A DNA stretch of 64,000 nucleotides from Acidimicrobiia bacterium (GTDB lineage: Bacteria > Actinomycetota > Acidimicrobiia > Spongiisociales > ZC4RG35). The DNA is taken from assembly GCA_028285585.1 (NCBI GenBank), contig JANQOU010000002.1, positions 203,263 to 267,262 of the forward strand, in the 5' to 3' direction. Shown here one piece after another: positions 38,741-49,333 of this stretch; the stretch's first letter is position 1; each line of letters begins with the position of its first letter. A program made the position numbers and the translations under genes. The notes under the pieces are model-generated. The model worked only from the letters and a program-made list of their open reading frames with translations, did not search any database and had not been told where the DNA came from.

Positions 38741-39516
38741 GCCGGCTTGGTCCTGAAAGTCCGCCAGAAGGATCGGAGCGCAACGAACAGCACCAAGAAG
38801 CCGAATGCGAGCGACAAGGTGACTCCTTCGACACCTAAAGCAAATTGCGATCCGATCACGGCTCCGGCAGCACCGCCGGCGCCAACCGCGAGTCCGTCCT
38901 TGGGGCGGACTCGCCGGTTTTTGAGGTTCACCATCGTCCCCGCCACCGACGTGAAGATCATCGCCGTGAACGAGGTCCCTTGCGCCTCGTGCTGAGTCAG
39001 CCCGAGCAGCAACACGGTGAGAGTGACGATCACGACCCCACCCCCGATGCCGACCAGTCCGGCAAAGAACCCTGCCAGTAGCCCTATCCCGCCTGCAATC
39101 AGAGTGACGCTTAGGTCTGACAAGTCACCGGCACCCGGGATTGGGTCTGCTCCCGAGATCATGCGGATGGCCGCGATGAGGAGAAAGGTGCTGAACACGA
39201 TTGTCAGAGTGCGGGCACTCACCCGGTTCATCAGCGTCGCACCAATGAGAGACCCAATGACCCCGCCCACCCCCACCACGATCCCGAGGCCTGCGTTGAT
39301 CTCACCGGAGGCGCCAAACGAGATGGCTCCAGTGGTGACGATGATCACGATTGCCGAGAGCGACGTGGCATGAGCGCGGTGCTGGTCGAACCCGACCACG
39401 AGCAACAGCGGGACGATGATGATCCCGCCACCCACACCAAAGGTCCCGCCCACCGTGCCGGCGGTGAGCCCGATGAGGACGAGCTTCCAGGGTTGTGTGA
39501 CTGTGGGGAGACTCAA
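38737..39516 (-). CDS. TauE/SafE sulfite-exporter-family membrane protein
   Basis: Eight TM helices with an internal repeat and GGG...PLL motifs. Confidence 0.8.
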   Translation of the reverse strand: MSLPTVTQPWKLVLIGLTAGTVGGTFGVGGGIIIVPLLLVVGFDQHRAHATSLSAIVIIVTTGAISFGASGEINAGLGIVVGVGGVIGSLIGATLMNRVSARTLTIVFSTFLLIAAIRMISGADPIPGAGDLSDLSVTLIAGGIGLLAGFFAGLVGIGGGVVIVTLTVLLLGLTQHEAQGTSFTAMIFTSVAGTMVNLKNRRVRPKDGLAVGAGGAAGAVIGSQFALGVEGVTLSLAFGFLVLFVALRSFWRTFRTKPA

Positions 39517-39573
39517 GACACTTCACGATAGAGGTCCGGAATGACCGCTTCCGACAACGACCCTGACTCCTGG

Positions 39574-40731
39574 CTATCCCTCGACCCGGACTCCCGTCAT
39601 CGCTGTCACGACGAGGATCGCCGCCATTGCGGTCACAAGAGCTTGCGGCGACAACCCGGTCAGCAGGCCCAACCCGAGGATCACGGCCGCTGCGGCGAAC
39701 CTGGTGAACGCCACAGTGTTGTGCAGGTGGTAGGTCTCTCGAGATCCCGAAGCAAGATGGGTCAGGGCCAGCGAGGTCACTGCGAGACATGCTCCGGTCA
39801 CCAGCAACCACCGCTCGAAGCCGGGGAAGGCTCCGTGCCCGGCCTCCACGATGGCGTGCTCCATTCCTATCGCGGTCACGCCCAACCCGGCCACGATGCC
39901 GAAGTGGGAGTAGATCCAAACGGTGGGACGCCACGTCCGCCTGGTGTTGGGGTCGCGGCGAACCACCATCCCCTCGACGTTGTCGAAATAGAGCCACCAC
40001 ATGGCGGTGGCGACGACCAGGGCCATCACAGCCGTGAACACGCCAACCGAGTCCCAATGCACATGTCCGAGACCGGTGACCGTCGCCACGAACGACTCCC
40101 CGAGGATCAGGATCGTGAACAGGCCGAACCTCTCCGGGAGGTGTGAGACGTCAAGCGGCACCTTGGCTTGCTCGCGTCTCATGACGTACGGCGTGCCGAT
40201 GTCGATGGCGAAGGCGACGGCCCACAGGATGAACCGGGTCGGCTCGGGGACGAAGACCGATGCGACCCACACTGCGGCGGCTGCACCGTGCCCGATGAGG
40301 TAGCCGGTGACCAGAGCCCGGGTCTCGGGGACATGGATTCTGGCTCGCAGGTACATGGCGAGAAGGGCGAGCCTCGCCAAGGAGTAGCCAGCGGCAAATG
40401 CTGTCGTCGACTCCGAGCCACCGAAGATCGCCGTGGCGATGACCGCCACAGCCACCAGTTGGACCGTGGCCAGGATGCGATAGACCAGGTCGTCGGTGTC
40501 ATATCGGTCTGCGTAGAAAGTGTGGCTGGCCCACAGCCACCAGACGAGAAGCAGATAGCCCAGGTAGGACCAGACACCAGCGGCGTCGTGAACCCCGCCA
40601 AGCTCCAAGCCGAGCGCCGCCACCGTGACGACAAAGGCCAGGTCGTAGAACAGCTCCAGCCAGGTGGCGGACCGGTGGTCTTCGATCTCAACGGTCCGCA
40701 GACGCGGCGGCCGGAGAGCACGCATCTTCAT
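39574..40731 (-). CDS. LtrA (low-temperature-requirement A) family membrane protein
   Basis: N-terminal SATWLELFYDLAFVVTV is the LtrA signature, with about 10 TM helices. Confidence 0.75.
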   Translation of the reverse strand: MKMRALRPPRLRTVEIEDHRSATWLELFYDLAFVVTVAALGLELGGVHDAAGVWSYLGYLLLVWWLWASHTFYADRYDTDDLVYRILATVQLVAVAVIATAIFGGSESTTAFAAGYSLARLALLAMYLRARIHVPETRALVTGYLIGHGAAAAVWVASVFVPEPTRFILWAVAFAIDIGTPYVMRREQAKVPLDVSHLPERFGLFTILILGESFVATVTGLGHVHWDSVGVFTAVMALVVATAMWWLYFDNVEGMVVRRDPNTRRTWRPTVWIYSHFGIVAGLGVTAIGMEHAIVEAGHGAFPGFERWLLVTGACLAVTSLALTHLASGSRETYHLHNTVAFTRFAAAAVILGLGLLTGLSPQALVTAMAAILVVTAMTGVRVEG

Positions 40732-40820
40732 CTGTGGCAACCAGCTGGGGAGGTTTGTGGCTTGACCTGGGACATCGGGCCGCATTTAAGCGAAGGCGGC
40801 TGCGTGGAACTCGACAACCG

Positions 40821-41375
40821 ATGAAGACGTTCCAAGTAGCAGCTCGCCACCATCACAGGACGGGATTGATGAGAGGCACCAACCGATCTTTCGACATCGT
40901 CGCTTTGACGGTGATCATCCTCGCATCGACGGCATGCGGCCAGCAGGTCGTGGCAACAGCCGAATCGCACGCAGGCTTCATCGGTGGTGAGTGCCGGCCG
41001 ACGATGCCCACCGAGGAGTTCACCCCACCGGAGCCTTACGCCTCCTCGCGGCAGTCCGCAGGGTTGATCTGGTACGGCTCGGATGAGCTCTGGACAGCTC
41101 TGAGCTTGGATGGGAATCACGGCGGACGCAAGAGCGTGTGGTGGAGCGTCAACTTCCCCGGAGGAGCGGTCGAGTCACAACCCGCCATAAGTGTGACCTG
41201 GCGTCAATTGGACGGTGACACGGTCCACACTCACGACAATGACGGAACCAACGCCTACACCGGAGAGGACGGCTGGTTCATGATCTCGGGGATCGACCCG
41301 CCCGATGCGGGTTGCTGGGAGGTAACGGCCACCTACAAGGGCGCTTCCCTCTCCTACGTCTACGAGAAGGCTTGA
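40821..41375 (+). CDS. Lipoprotein, hypothetical
   Basis: Lipobox ILASTACGQQ. Confidence 0.4.
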   Translation: MKTFQVAARHHHRTGLMRGTNRSFDIVALTVIILASTACGQQVVATAESHAGFIGGECRPTMPTEEFTPPEPYASSRQSAGLIWYGSDELWTALSLDGNHGGRKSVWWSVNFPGGAVESQPAISVTWRQLDGDTVHTHDNDGTNAYTGEDGWFMISGIDPPDAGCWEVTATYKGASLSYVYEKA

Positions 41376-41387
41376 CGAATGCTTGGC

Positions 41388-41419
41388 GGGGTGGGCTATC
41401 GATTCCGATAGCCCACCCC
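41388..41419. terminator. Bidirectional hairpin terminator between convergent genes
   Basis: GGGGTGGGCTATCG-attc-CGATAGCCCACCCC, a 14-bp perfect stem. Confidence 0.55.
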
Positions 41420-41437
41420 ATACCTTTAGGTAGCGGT

Positions 41438-42799
41438 CTAACCGTTGGCGATGGCCAAGAAGCCAGGAGCGAAGTCGAGATCGATGACTCTCTCCAATGT
41501 CAGCGTGTCGCCAACTGCGACCTCAACCACCTGATCGGTGGCAGGGTCAGTGACGTAGACGTGGTCACCGGTCACGGCAACCTGACGCCATGGCTGCTCG
41601 GTATCGCCTTCTTCAAACGGGCTGACGATCTCGAGAGAAGCGATCACTGAGCCGTCTCCGGGCTCAACCAGATGGATGAACCCGTCGAGGGTCAAAACGA
41701 TCAGGTGTCCCTCCGAATCGAATACGACACCGAAGGTGGCGATGCTCCGCTCGAAGTCGATCGATCGAATTTCCGCGTTTTCGGCATCGACCACAAGAAG
41801 GTGACGGCTCCCTTGTGGCGCAGCCAGCATGGTTTTGTCTGAGGAAACTCGCAGGAACCACGCCCTAGCCGGACCGAACCCGAACGGGTCTTCGTCGTCG
41901 ATCTCCGGGTATGTGAGATAGGTGCCAGTCCAGGTTCCAGCATCTTCTGTCACCAGGACGACGCCGTCACTACAAGCTGACGCAGCGCCGTCGACAAGGC
42001 TCGCTTCACCATGGGTGAGCGGACAGTCGAACTGTGCCTCGACTGTGCCTTCGGCATCGCTGATTCCCACGACGTTGGGAAGCCCCTCCATGTCTTCGGT
42101 GGGCACGGTGACGAAGTAAGCGCCGTGGACAGGCATCGCAAAGCCATGATGAGGCTGGCTGGTCGGCACTTCTGCCATGACGGTCACCTCTCCTTCTTCG
42201 AGGCTTTCCTCAGAGATCACCTTGGCTGTGCCGGTGCCATCGAAGTAGAGAGCATTGACGTGATCGTGGCTGATGAGGTGGGTCGGGTTCGGGCCGTTGA
42301 CTCGACCCAAGACCATTGGCTCAGACGTGTAGTGATGCAGGTGAGTTCCGTGGCCTTCCGACCACACACCGGTATCCACCACCGTCACACCGTCGTCGTG
42401 GCCAGCCAGAAGGAAACGACCCGACTCAGTGATCGACGACGACACGGCCGCGATCGCATCGAGCTCGATCGACTCAGCCGATCCGTCAGCTAGGTCGATG
42501 AAGTGGATTACTGCTTGATCGTGGGCCGCAACGACAAGCAGGCGACGAGCTTGGTCCAACTCGACGACCCCCGCTTCCGGATTCTCGGAAGCGTCATCCT
42601 CGTGGTCGTGGTCCTCGTCGTGATCATGGTCGTGGTCGTGCTCATCTGTCGTCGTCGTGGCTTCTGCGGCAACGGTCGTCGGAACGGTTTCGCTCGACTC
42701 AGAGTCAGAAGGGCTGCACGCCGCAACGACGACAACTAACAGGAGCAGGAGGCCAAAGAAGAAGGCTGGCCGGGCCAGGTTTCTTGATTCATATCGCAT
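41438..42799 (-). CDS. Beta-propeller-like lipoprotein with an N-terminal His/Asp-rich (DH)n tract, possibly an AztD-like metal chaperone
   Basis: Lipobox VVVAACSP. EHDHDHDHDEDHDHEDD tract, then His-rich loops (GHGTHLHHYT, HLISHDH). Confidence 0.4.
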   Translation of the reverse strand: MRYESRNLARPAFFFGLLLLLVVVVAACSPSDSESSETVPTTVAAEATTTTDEHDHDHDHDEDHDHEDDASENPEAGVVELDQARRLLVVAAHDQAVIHFIDLADGSAESIELDAIAAVSSSITESGRFLLAGHDDGVTVVDTGVWSEGHGTHLHHYTSEPMVLGRVNGPNPTHLISHDHVNALYFDGTGTAKVISEESLEEGEVTVMAEVPTSQPHHGFAMPVHGAYFVTVPTEDMEGLPNVVGISDAEGTVEAQFDCPLTHGEASLVDGAASACSDGVVLVTEDAGTWTGTYLTYPEIDDEDPFGFGPARAWFLRVSSDKTMLAAPQGSRHLLVVDAENAEIRSIDFERSIATFGVVFDSEGHLIVLTLDGFIHLVEPGDGSVIASLEIVSPFEEGDTEQPWRQVAVTGDHVYVTDPATDQVVEVAVGDTLTLERVIDLDFAPGFLAIANG

Positions 42800-42861
42800 A
42801 TGTGGCGACCATATCAAGAATGGGAACCATTCTCAAATACATGGAAATGGACTGAGAAACC

Positions 42862-43425
42862 TCACTCCTTGTCGCCGACGAGAGCTTCCTTGACCAGGTT
42901 CATCGTGTCGTAGATCACCGAAGTGTCTTGAAGAGCTCGGGCGACGCTCGAAGCGCCCTCGTATGCCGCCACGACGAAGCGGGCTGCGGACTGGGCGCGA
43001 TCTGACGTGAAGCCTCGATCTTCGAAGGCAGCCGCGATGGTGTCGATCCACGATTGGAACGCCGACTCACCGGCCGTTCGAACCGCTTCGATCCCAGCCG
43101 CCTCCGTCGACGGCACGCCAACGGGACAGCCATACCGATAGTTGGCTTCCTCCATCTCAGTTGCCAGTGCCGTGAAGAAGACCTCTGTCCCGTGGGTTGG
43201 CTCCGCCGAGCTCTCCATGACCGTCGCAAGCAACGTCGCCCCCTCTGCTCCAGCTGCCTCGACGGCAGCGACCGCCAGTGACTCTTTGCCGTCCGGGAAG
43301 AAGTGGTACATCGATCCGGCGGTCACACCAGAAGCCTCGAGGACGTGTTCCACTGTCGACGCCGCCAGGCCGTTCTCGCGGATGCTCTGCGACATGTGCG
43401 TTACGAGCTGATCACGCCGGCTCAT
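42862..43425 (-). CDS. TetR/AcrR-family transcriptional regulator
   Basis: LAASTVEHVLEASGVTAGSMYHFFPDGKESL is the TetR_N HTH. Confidence 0.8.
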   Translation of the reverse strand: MSRRDQLVTHMSQSIRENGLAASTVEHVLEASGVTAGSMYHFFPDGKESLAVAAVEAAGAEGATLLATVMESSAEPTHGTEVFFTALATEMEEANYRYGCPVGVPSTEAAGIEAVRTAGESAFQSWIDTIAAAFEDRGFTSDRAQSAARFVVAAYEGASSVARALQDTSVIYDTMNLVKEALVGDKE

Positions 43426-43546
43426 CGGCCACTCTCCTTTCGTCGAAACCTCGCCACCCCACCCAAGCAGCGCCCAGACGGTTTGCGTGTATCTGTGCAT
43501 CATACTAGAATGATCCTTCTAGTCGATCGAGATCGGAGCAAACAGA

Positions 43547-44025
43547 TGGCAAGCCCAATGGTGGATTTCAAGGCGCTCGAACGCCTCGAGTGGAGCGAAG
43601 TCGAACGGGACAACGCACAGACAGTCGCAGAGTTCGTGCAGCTCTTGATGAATGAGCACGACTTCGACCAGGTGCGAGACAAGTTCTCAACCGAGTCGTA
43701 CATCCAGCACAACCGAGCCATCCCTGATGGCATCGGCGGCCTGATCGCTTACGTAGCGCAGCTTGTGAAACGATTCCCCGGCTACTCCTACGACGTTCTC
43801 CAAATCCTTGCGAGTGGAGACCGAGTCGTGTTCCACAGCCACGTCACCCTCAAGGCAGCGCATCGCGGGAATCAGAAGAAGGGCTTCGTCGTCTTCGACA
43901 TGTGGAAGGTCGAAGACGGCCGAATCGCCAATCACTGGGACGCCCTGCAACCCCTCGACCTCACCAGCCGCCTGATCACCCTGCTGGGCGGAGGACGGAT
44001 ACGAAACGACAACGGCATCTACTGA
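43547..44025 (+). CDS. SnoaL-like / NTF2-fold protein
   Basis: 159 aa from MASPMVD. Pattern YIQHNRAIPDGIGGL...VFDMWKVEDGRIANHWD. Divergent from the TetR gene. Confidence 0.55.
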
Positions 44026-44054
44026 CGCCGACAGCGCTGCCTGAAGCTAGAGGG

Positions 44055-44780
44055 TCATCGGTGGATCTCGCTGGCCATCACCGACGGCAAGCGGACGATG
44101 ATCTCCCTGACTTGTTCTCGAGCCTGCTCGACAAACCGCAGGAACTCTTCGACATCACCTTCGACAACGCGGTCGAAGCGGGGCACCGCCAACCCTGAGG
44201 CACCCTGTGCCATCTCGTTTTCCAGCAGCCAGGCCAACCGCGTGAGATCTCCGGAGATCTGCCGGTACATCCGGAACAAGTACTCATTGCCTGCGCACTC
44301 CGCCAACAAGTCGAAACCGGCGAGCACGGTCATCGCTCTGTGTAGGGCTGTTTCACTCGGACGGCCTTCCTGTGCCTCGGTGTCCATCCGTTCCCGCCCC
44401 AAGGTCCGGAGTCTGGCCATCTGCTCCGAAGTCGCTCTGGCGGTACCGCGGCTGATCAGCTCCGGGCCGAGCATCTGCCAAACATCAAACAGCTCTTCAA
44501 TTGACCTCACCGTCAACGGAGTGACCAGGTAGCCCTGTCGAGGGAGCGTTTGGACGAGCCCGTCCTGGTCAAGGCGGGTAAGGGCACTCCGGACGGCAGA
44601 CAGGCCCATGCCGGTGGACTGGGCCAACCCTCGCTCGGTCACCAGATCCCCGGGTGCGAGTTGACAGGAGATGATGTCGGATCGGAGCCGACGGTAGGCG
44701 GTCTCGCTCAGGGTCGAGCCTGGAGCCGTTTCGGTCCTGTCATATGACGACGAAGCCTCTCGTGCGCGACTGGTTGACAC
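44055..44780 (-). CDS. GntR-family (FadR/FCD) transcriptional regulator
   Basis: N-terminal wHTH (LVTERGLAQSTGMGLSAVRSALTRL) plus an FCD domain. Confidence 0.85.
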   Translation of the reverse strand: MSTSRAREASSSYDRTETAPGSTLSETAYRRLRSDIISCQLAPGDLVTERGLAQSTGMGLSAVRSALTRLDQDGLVQTLPRQGYLVTPLTVRSIEELFDVWQMLGPELISRGTARATSEQMARLRTLGRERMDTEAQEGRPSETALHRAMTVLAGFDLLAECAGNEYLFRMYRQISGDLTRLAWLLENEMAQGASGLAVPRFDRVVEGDVEEFLRFVEQAREQVREIIVRLPSVMASEIHR

Positions 44781-44857
44781 ACTGACATGTCAGTTAGTAG
44801 GTTTTGAAATGTCAAGCCTTTCGGGACACTCAGAGAATGAGGACGAACGTGAAGCTG

Positions 44858-46477
44858 ATGAACATGACCGACTACGAGGAGACACGGACCTCGTTTGCCT
44901 TGGAGGTTCCGGACAGGTTCAACGCTGCCATGGACGTGGTCGATGCGCGAGCCGAAACGGATCCAAACGGTTTGGCTCTGCGGATGGTCGCGCCAGATGG
45001 GCGCACCGCCGATGACTACACGTTCGCCGATCTCCGAGATCGCTCCAACCAGATGGGCCGAGTTCTTGCTGACCTTGGCGCAGCGAAAGGTGATCGAGTC
45101 TTCCTCATGCTTCCCCGGGTGATCGGTTGGTACGACACCATGCTTGGTGCCATGAAGCTGGGGGCGATCCCAATGCCGGGCACAACCCAGTTGAAAGGCA
45201 AGGACATCGCCTACCGGGTGAACCGGGCGGAGGCAACGGTGGCCGTCACTGACCCAGATGGAGCCGCCGTGATCGACACCGTCCGCAACCAGTGCCCCAG
45301 CCTCGAGACCGTGATCGTGGTCGGTGGGGCGCTCGACGGCTGGGTGGATGGCAATACCGCCCGGGACTCGGCGACAGCCGATCCCCTACCGGCCGACCCG
45401 ACTGCGTCTGACGATCCGATGCTCATCTACTTCACGTCGGGAACCACCGGAAACCCGAAAATGGTCTTACACACCCAGGCGTCGTACGGGATCGGCCACC
45501 AGATCACAGCCAGGTTCTGGCAAGACCTGCGACCCGGGGACATGTTCTGGGGGGTCTCCGACACCGGGTGGGCAAAGGCAGCGTGGTCGAAGCTGTTCGG
45601 GCAGTGGTCCCTCGGTGCGACGGTGATGGCGTGGAACGCGACGGGCAAGCCGGACTTCGACCAGATGTTGCAGATGATCGTGGATCACGGCGTCACGGTC
45701 TTCTGTGCGCCCCCGACGATCTACCGCAACTTCGTGACGAAAGACCTGGCGGGGTACGACTTCTCAAAGCTGAGACACTGTCTCGCGGCCGGGGAGGCGC
45801 TCAACCCCGAGACCTTCAACGCGTGGAAGGCCGTCACCGGCACCGAGATCCACGACGGATACGGCCAGACCGAGACTGTCAACCTGCTGGCGAACTACCC
45901 GTGCATGCCGAAGAAGCCGGGTGCGCTCGGCAAGCCAACGCCCGGCATGGAGGTGGCCGTCGTCGACGCAAATGGCACACCCCTTGGGCCGGGCAACGAA
46001 GGCCAGATCGCAGTGAAGGTGGCACCGGAGCGCCCTGTGGGCCTGTTTGTGGAGTACTGGAAGGACCCACAGGCGACTGCAAATGCCCACATAGGCGACT
46101 GGTACCTGACCGGAGACCGGGCCAGCGTGGATGAGGACGGCTACTTCTGGTTCGTGTCCCGGGCTGACGATGTGATCATCTCGGCTGGGTACCGAATCGG
46201 CCCCTTCGAGGTCGAGTCGGTGATCATGGAGCATCCGGCAGTTCAGGAGGTTGCCTGTATCGGCGTGCCCGACCGCGAGCGGGGTGAGGTGGTCAAGGCA
46301 TTCGTTGTGCTTGCCGCAGGCAAAGAGCCAAGCGACACTCTCGCCGCGGAGATCCAGGAGCACGTGAAGGCGAATACGGCCCCCTACAAGTACCCAAGGC
46401 AAGTCGAATTCATCGACGAACTCCCCAAGACCGTCTCAGGAAAGGTCCGGCGCGTGGACCTCCGAGCCCTGAGTTGA
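44858..46477 (+). CDS. AMP-dependent acyl-CoA synthetase (medium-chain type)
   Basis: YFTSGTTGNPK (AMP motif I), GYGQTET, GDWYLTGDRA and KVRRVDLR. Confidence 0.9.
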   Translation: MNMTDYEETRTSFALEVPDRFNAAMDVVDARAETDPNGLALRMVAPDGRTADDYTFADLRDRSNQMGRVLADLGAAKGDRVFLMLPRVIGWYDTMLGAMKLGAIPMPGTTQLKGKDIAYRVNRAEATVAVTDPDGAAVIDTVRNQCPSLETVIVVGGALDGWVDGNTARDSATADPLPADPTASDDPMLIYFTSGTTGNPKMVLHTQASYGIGHQITARFWQDLRPGDMFWGVSDTGWAKAAWSKLFGQWSLGATVMAWNATGKPDFDQMLQMIVDHGVTVFCAPPTIYRNFVTKDLAGYDFSKLRHCLAAGEALNPETFNAWKAVTGTEIHDGYGQTETVNLLANYPCMPKKPGALGKPTPGMEVAVVDANGTPLGPGNEGQIAVKVAPERPVGLFVEYWKDPQATANAHIGDWYLTGDRASVDEDGYFWFVSRADDVIISAGYRIGPFEVESVIMEHPAVQEVACIGVPDRERGEVVKAFVVLAAGKEPSDTLAAEIQEHVKANTAPYKYPRQVEFIDELPKTVSGKVRRVDLRALS

Positions 46478-46513
46478 TCGCGGATCTGTCAGAACCGGAT
46501 TGAGGCACATGCG

Positions 46514-48289
46514 ATGACGAAATGGCACGACGGAGTGAGGTTTCGAGCGGTTCGGCCGGTCAAAGATCCGACAGGCTTCCATCCAGGCGTCAAGCGCGAA
46601 ACGAGAATCTTGCCTGCTGGGTCCACCTATGGCCCCTCCCGACCTGCACCCTTGGGCTCCCGGTGGCACGGGGGCAATCGCCCTCTGCCGGTCGACATTC
46701 AGTTGGACCAGGACGTGTCGATCGAAATGCGCGATGGCGAGTCGATCTACGTCGACATCTTCCGGCCGCCTGGTGCGGTTGATGTCCCCGCCATCGTCGC
46801 GTGGAGCCCGTACGGCAAGCAGGGCGGCTACTGGAGCTATGCACGCGGAAACCTGGGGAAGATGCCACCTCTCGATTGGGTGTCCGGTCTTCAGAAGTTC
46901 GAGGGGCCCGACCCGGCCGAATGGGTGGCCCACGGCTATGCCGTCGTCAACCCCGACCCGCCCGGAACATTCGCCTCGGAAGGCCTGATCCGAACGTGGG
47001 GTGAAGCCGAAGGCCGCCACGTCTATGACGTCGTCGAGTGGTTGGCCGAGCAGGAATGGTGCAACGGCCGTGTCGGAATGGCCGGCAACTCCTGGCTCTC
47101 CGTTTCCCAGTACTTCGCGGCAGCCGAGCGCCCTCCACACCTCGCAGCGATTGCCCCGTGGAATGGGTTCTTTGACGTCTACGACTTCACAGGGCCCGGG
47201 GGTATCCCCGCCCCTCAGTTTGCCGAACTGCTGACAGACTTCCAGTGGGGAACCCGGATGGAGTACCTCCCGACCATGCGCAAGCGCAAACCGTTGAAGG
47301 ACGAATACTGGGAGGCACACGATGCGAAGCTCGAGAACATCGAAGTCCCGGCCTACGTCGCCCACTCGTGGCAAGTCGGGATCCATCGTTGGACGCCTGA
47401 GGTCTTTCGGCTCATCTCTTCTGAGCACAAGTGGCTACGGCTTGCGAACACCCATGAGTGGTACGACCAATACGCGCCTGAGTATGTCGAAGATCTACGG
47501 AAGTTCTTCGACCGCTACCTCAAAGGGCTGGACAACGGATGGGAAGACACACCACGGGTGCGCGTTTCGGTCCTCGACTCTGTTCTGCAGCCTACGGAGA
47601 GCGCCAACCCGCAGCACGCCGACTCGAAAGGATACGAACCGGCCGCAGAGGTTGATCGCCCCGAGCATGAGTGGCCGCTCGCCCGGACCGAGTACGTAAG
47701 GCTCGATCTGGCGCCCAAAGGCCGCCTGGCCGATTCCGGCAAAGTGCCCGCAGACTCAGAGACCTACAGAGCGCTTTGGGGTTCAAAGTCATACCACCAC
47801 ACCTTTACCGAGGACACCGAACTGACCGGCTACGCCACGGCCCGTCTCTGGATAGAAGTAGCCGGGAGAGACGATGCGGACATATACGTCGACCTGTGCC
47901 GACTCGACCGCCGCGGCCGCAGAATCGCTCTGCTCGAGACCGCGTCTCTCCGAGTATCTCACCGAGAGATCGACGAGGAACGCTCGACGGACTTCGTCAC
48001 GTATCACACTCACCGCGAAGAGCAGCGGCTGTCACCTGGGGAGCGAGTCGAGACGGTCATCAGCTTCCCGCCCAAATCCATGAGATTTCGGGCCGGCGAC
48101 CAACTGCGGCTGCGTGTTGCGGGGACTCAAGTGCGTTGGAAGCGGGACCTCTCCGGCGGCATATTCGGCGGGATCCTCGGCACGCTCCTTGCCTCAATTC
48201 CATCCCGCAATCGCGGAGCCAGACACATAGTCCACCTGGGAGGTAGCCACGCCTCCTCGATCACGTTGCCAATTGTCCCGAAGCGGTAG
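46514..48289 (+). CDS. CocE/NonD-family hydrolase (S15 peptidase/esterase)
   Basis: VDIFRP...PAIVAWSPYGK, GMAGNSWL (GxSxG), and a C-terminal beta-sandwich. Confidence 0.8.
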   Translation: MTKWHDGVRFRAVRPVKDPTGFHPGVKRETRILPAGSTYGPSRPAPLGSRWHGGNRPLPVDIQLDQDVSIEMRDGESIYVDIFRPPGAVDVPAIVAWSPYGKQGGYWSYARGNLGKMPPLDWVSGLQKFEGPDPAEWVAHGYAVVNPDPPGTFASEGLIRTWGEAEGRHVYDVVEWLAEQEWCNGRVGMAGNSWLSVSQYFAAAERPPHLAAIAPWNGFFDVYDFTGPGGIPAPQFAELLTDFQWGTRMEYLPTMRKRKPLKDEYWEAHDAKLENIEVPAYVAHSWQVGIHRWTPEVFRLISSEHKWLRLANTHEWYDQYAPEYVEDLRKFFDRYLKGLDNGWEDTPRVRVSVLDSVLQPTESANPQHADSKGYEPAAEVDRPEHEWPLARTEYVRLDLAPKGRLADSGKVPADSETYRALWGSKSYHHTFTEDTELTGYATARLWIEVAGRDDADIYVDLCRLDRRGRRIALLETASLRVSHREIDEERSTDFVTYHTHREEQRLSPGERVETVISFPPKSMRFRAGDQLRLRVAGTQVRWKRDLSGGIFGGILGTLLASIPSRNRGARHIVHLGGSHASSITLPIVPKR

Positions 48290-48387
48290 AGCAGGGCATG
48301 GAGCGTAAATCGGCCATCGCACATTCGACCCCTCATGAGCCGGAGTTTGCCTAACAGGACAGAACGCGAACCAACTCCCCGAGTGGG

Positions 48388-48984
48388 TTGATCCTTGGCT
48401 TTGACAATCTGGGCCGCGATACGCTCCGCGTCGTGAGTAGGCGGTACGTAGCGCTACTGCGCGGAATCAACGTCGGAGGCAAGAACCTCATCTCGATGGC
48501 CGACCTGCGCGGCGAGATGGAGAACGCCGGATACAAATCCGTCCAGACATACATCCAGTCCGGAAACGTGCTCTTCGAGACCGACACCCCACGCGACGAG
48601 TTGGAGAGATCGGTCGAAGCGCTCCTCGCTCAGCGCCTCGGCGTTCCCGTGCTCGTGGTAGTCCGGTCCCACCGTCAACTCGCCAACGTCGTGGCGTCGG
48701 CACCCGAGGCTTTCGGGACTGATCGAGACACCTACCTAGCAGACGTCGTATTTCTGAAGGCACCGCTGACATCGGCGCAGGCGATGGGCGCCGTGTCGCT
48801 GCGCGACGGAGTCGATCGGGTGTGGGCCGGGGCGGGTGTGCTCTACTTCGAGCGCCTGGCGGAACGCATTTCTCAGAGTCGCTTCAGCAGGCTCGTCGGC
48901 ACACCGCAGTACCAGCGAATGACGATCCGCAATTGGTCCACGACCACCAAACTGCTCGCCATATTGGACGAGCGCATAGGCTGA
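48388..48984 (+). CDS. DUF1697 domain protein
   Basis: RYVALLRGINVGGKNLISMADLR...VQTYIQSGNVLFE is the DUF1697 signature. Confidence 0.7.
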   Translation: MILGFDNLGRDTLRVVSRRYVALLRGINVGGKNLISMADLRGEMENAGYKSVQTYIQSGNVLFETDTPRDELERSVEALLAQRLGVPVLVVVRSHRQLANVVASAPEAFGTDRDTYLADVVFLKAPLTSAQAMGAVSLRDGVDRVWAGAGVLYFERLAERISQSRFSRLVGTPQYQRMTIRNWSTTTKLLAILDERIG

Positions 48985-49085
48985 CGGCTCGCGGCAACCA
49001 GCACAAGTGCCGCGATTCGCAGCACACCGAACCCACTCCCTGGTTCGAGAGTGTTGCGTCTCCCACCGACGGGCAGCGAGGCGAC

Positions 49086-49331
49086 GGGCTCGTTTCATGA
49101 CCCTGAGTTTGCAAAGCGGAGTCCTGTAGACAAGGAGGGACACGACGGGCTCGTTTCACGAGCCGGAGTTTGCGAAACGAACCCCACCAGCAACATGCAA
49201 CACGAAAGGGTCATTTCATGACCCAGAGTTTGCAAAGCAAACTCAGTTAGGTCGCCAGCGGCGACCGGCGGTCATCTCATGACCCAGAGTTTGCGAAGCA
49301 AACTCCAAGGAACCGGATTTCATCCGGTTCC
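49086..49331. repeat. Tandem array of four 61-bp units, each with two stem-loops, plus a terminal 10-bp-stem hairpin abutting tRNA-Met
   Basis: Units start at 49086, 49147, 49208 and 49269. Hairpin A is GGGTCAT-ttc-ATGACCC (GGCTCGT-ttc-ACGAGCC in unit 2, a compensatory change). Hairpin B is GAGTTTGC-aaa/gaa-GCAAACTC. The final hairpin is GGAACCGGAT-ttc-ATCCGGTTCC at 49309..49331. Confidence 0.7.
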
Positions 49332-49333
49332 CG

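Noticed and set aside
49086-49331. Possible CRISPR array (roughly 37-nt partly palindromic repeats, 22-25-nt spacers, 4 units)
   Set aside because: The repeats differ from each other at many positions, with compensatory changes, rather than being near-identical. The spacers are too short. No cas genes lie within 40 kb on either side. The array is in phase with, and ends in, the tRNA-Met terminator hairpin. It is therefore called a structured tandem repeat.
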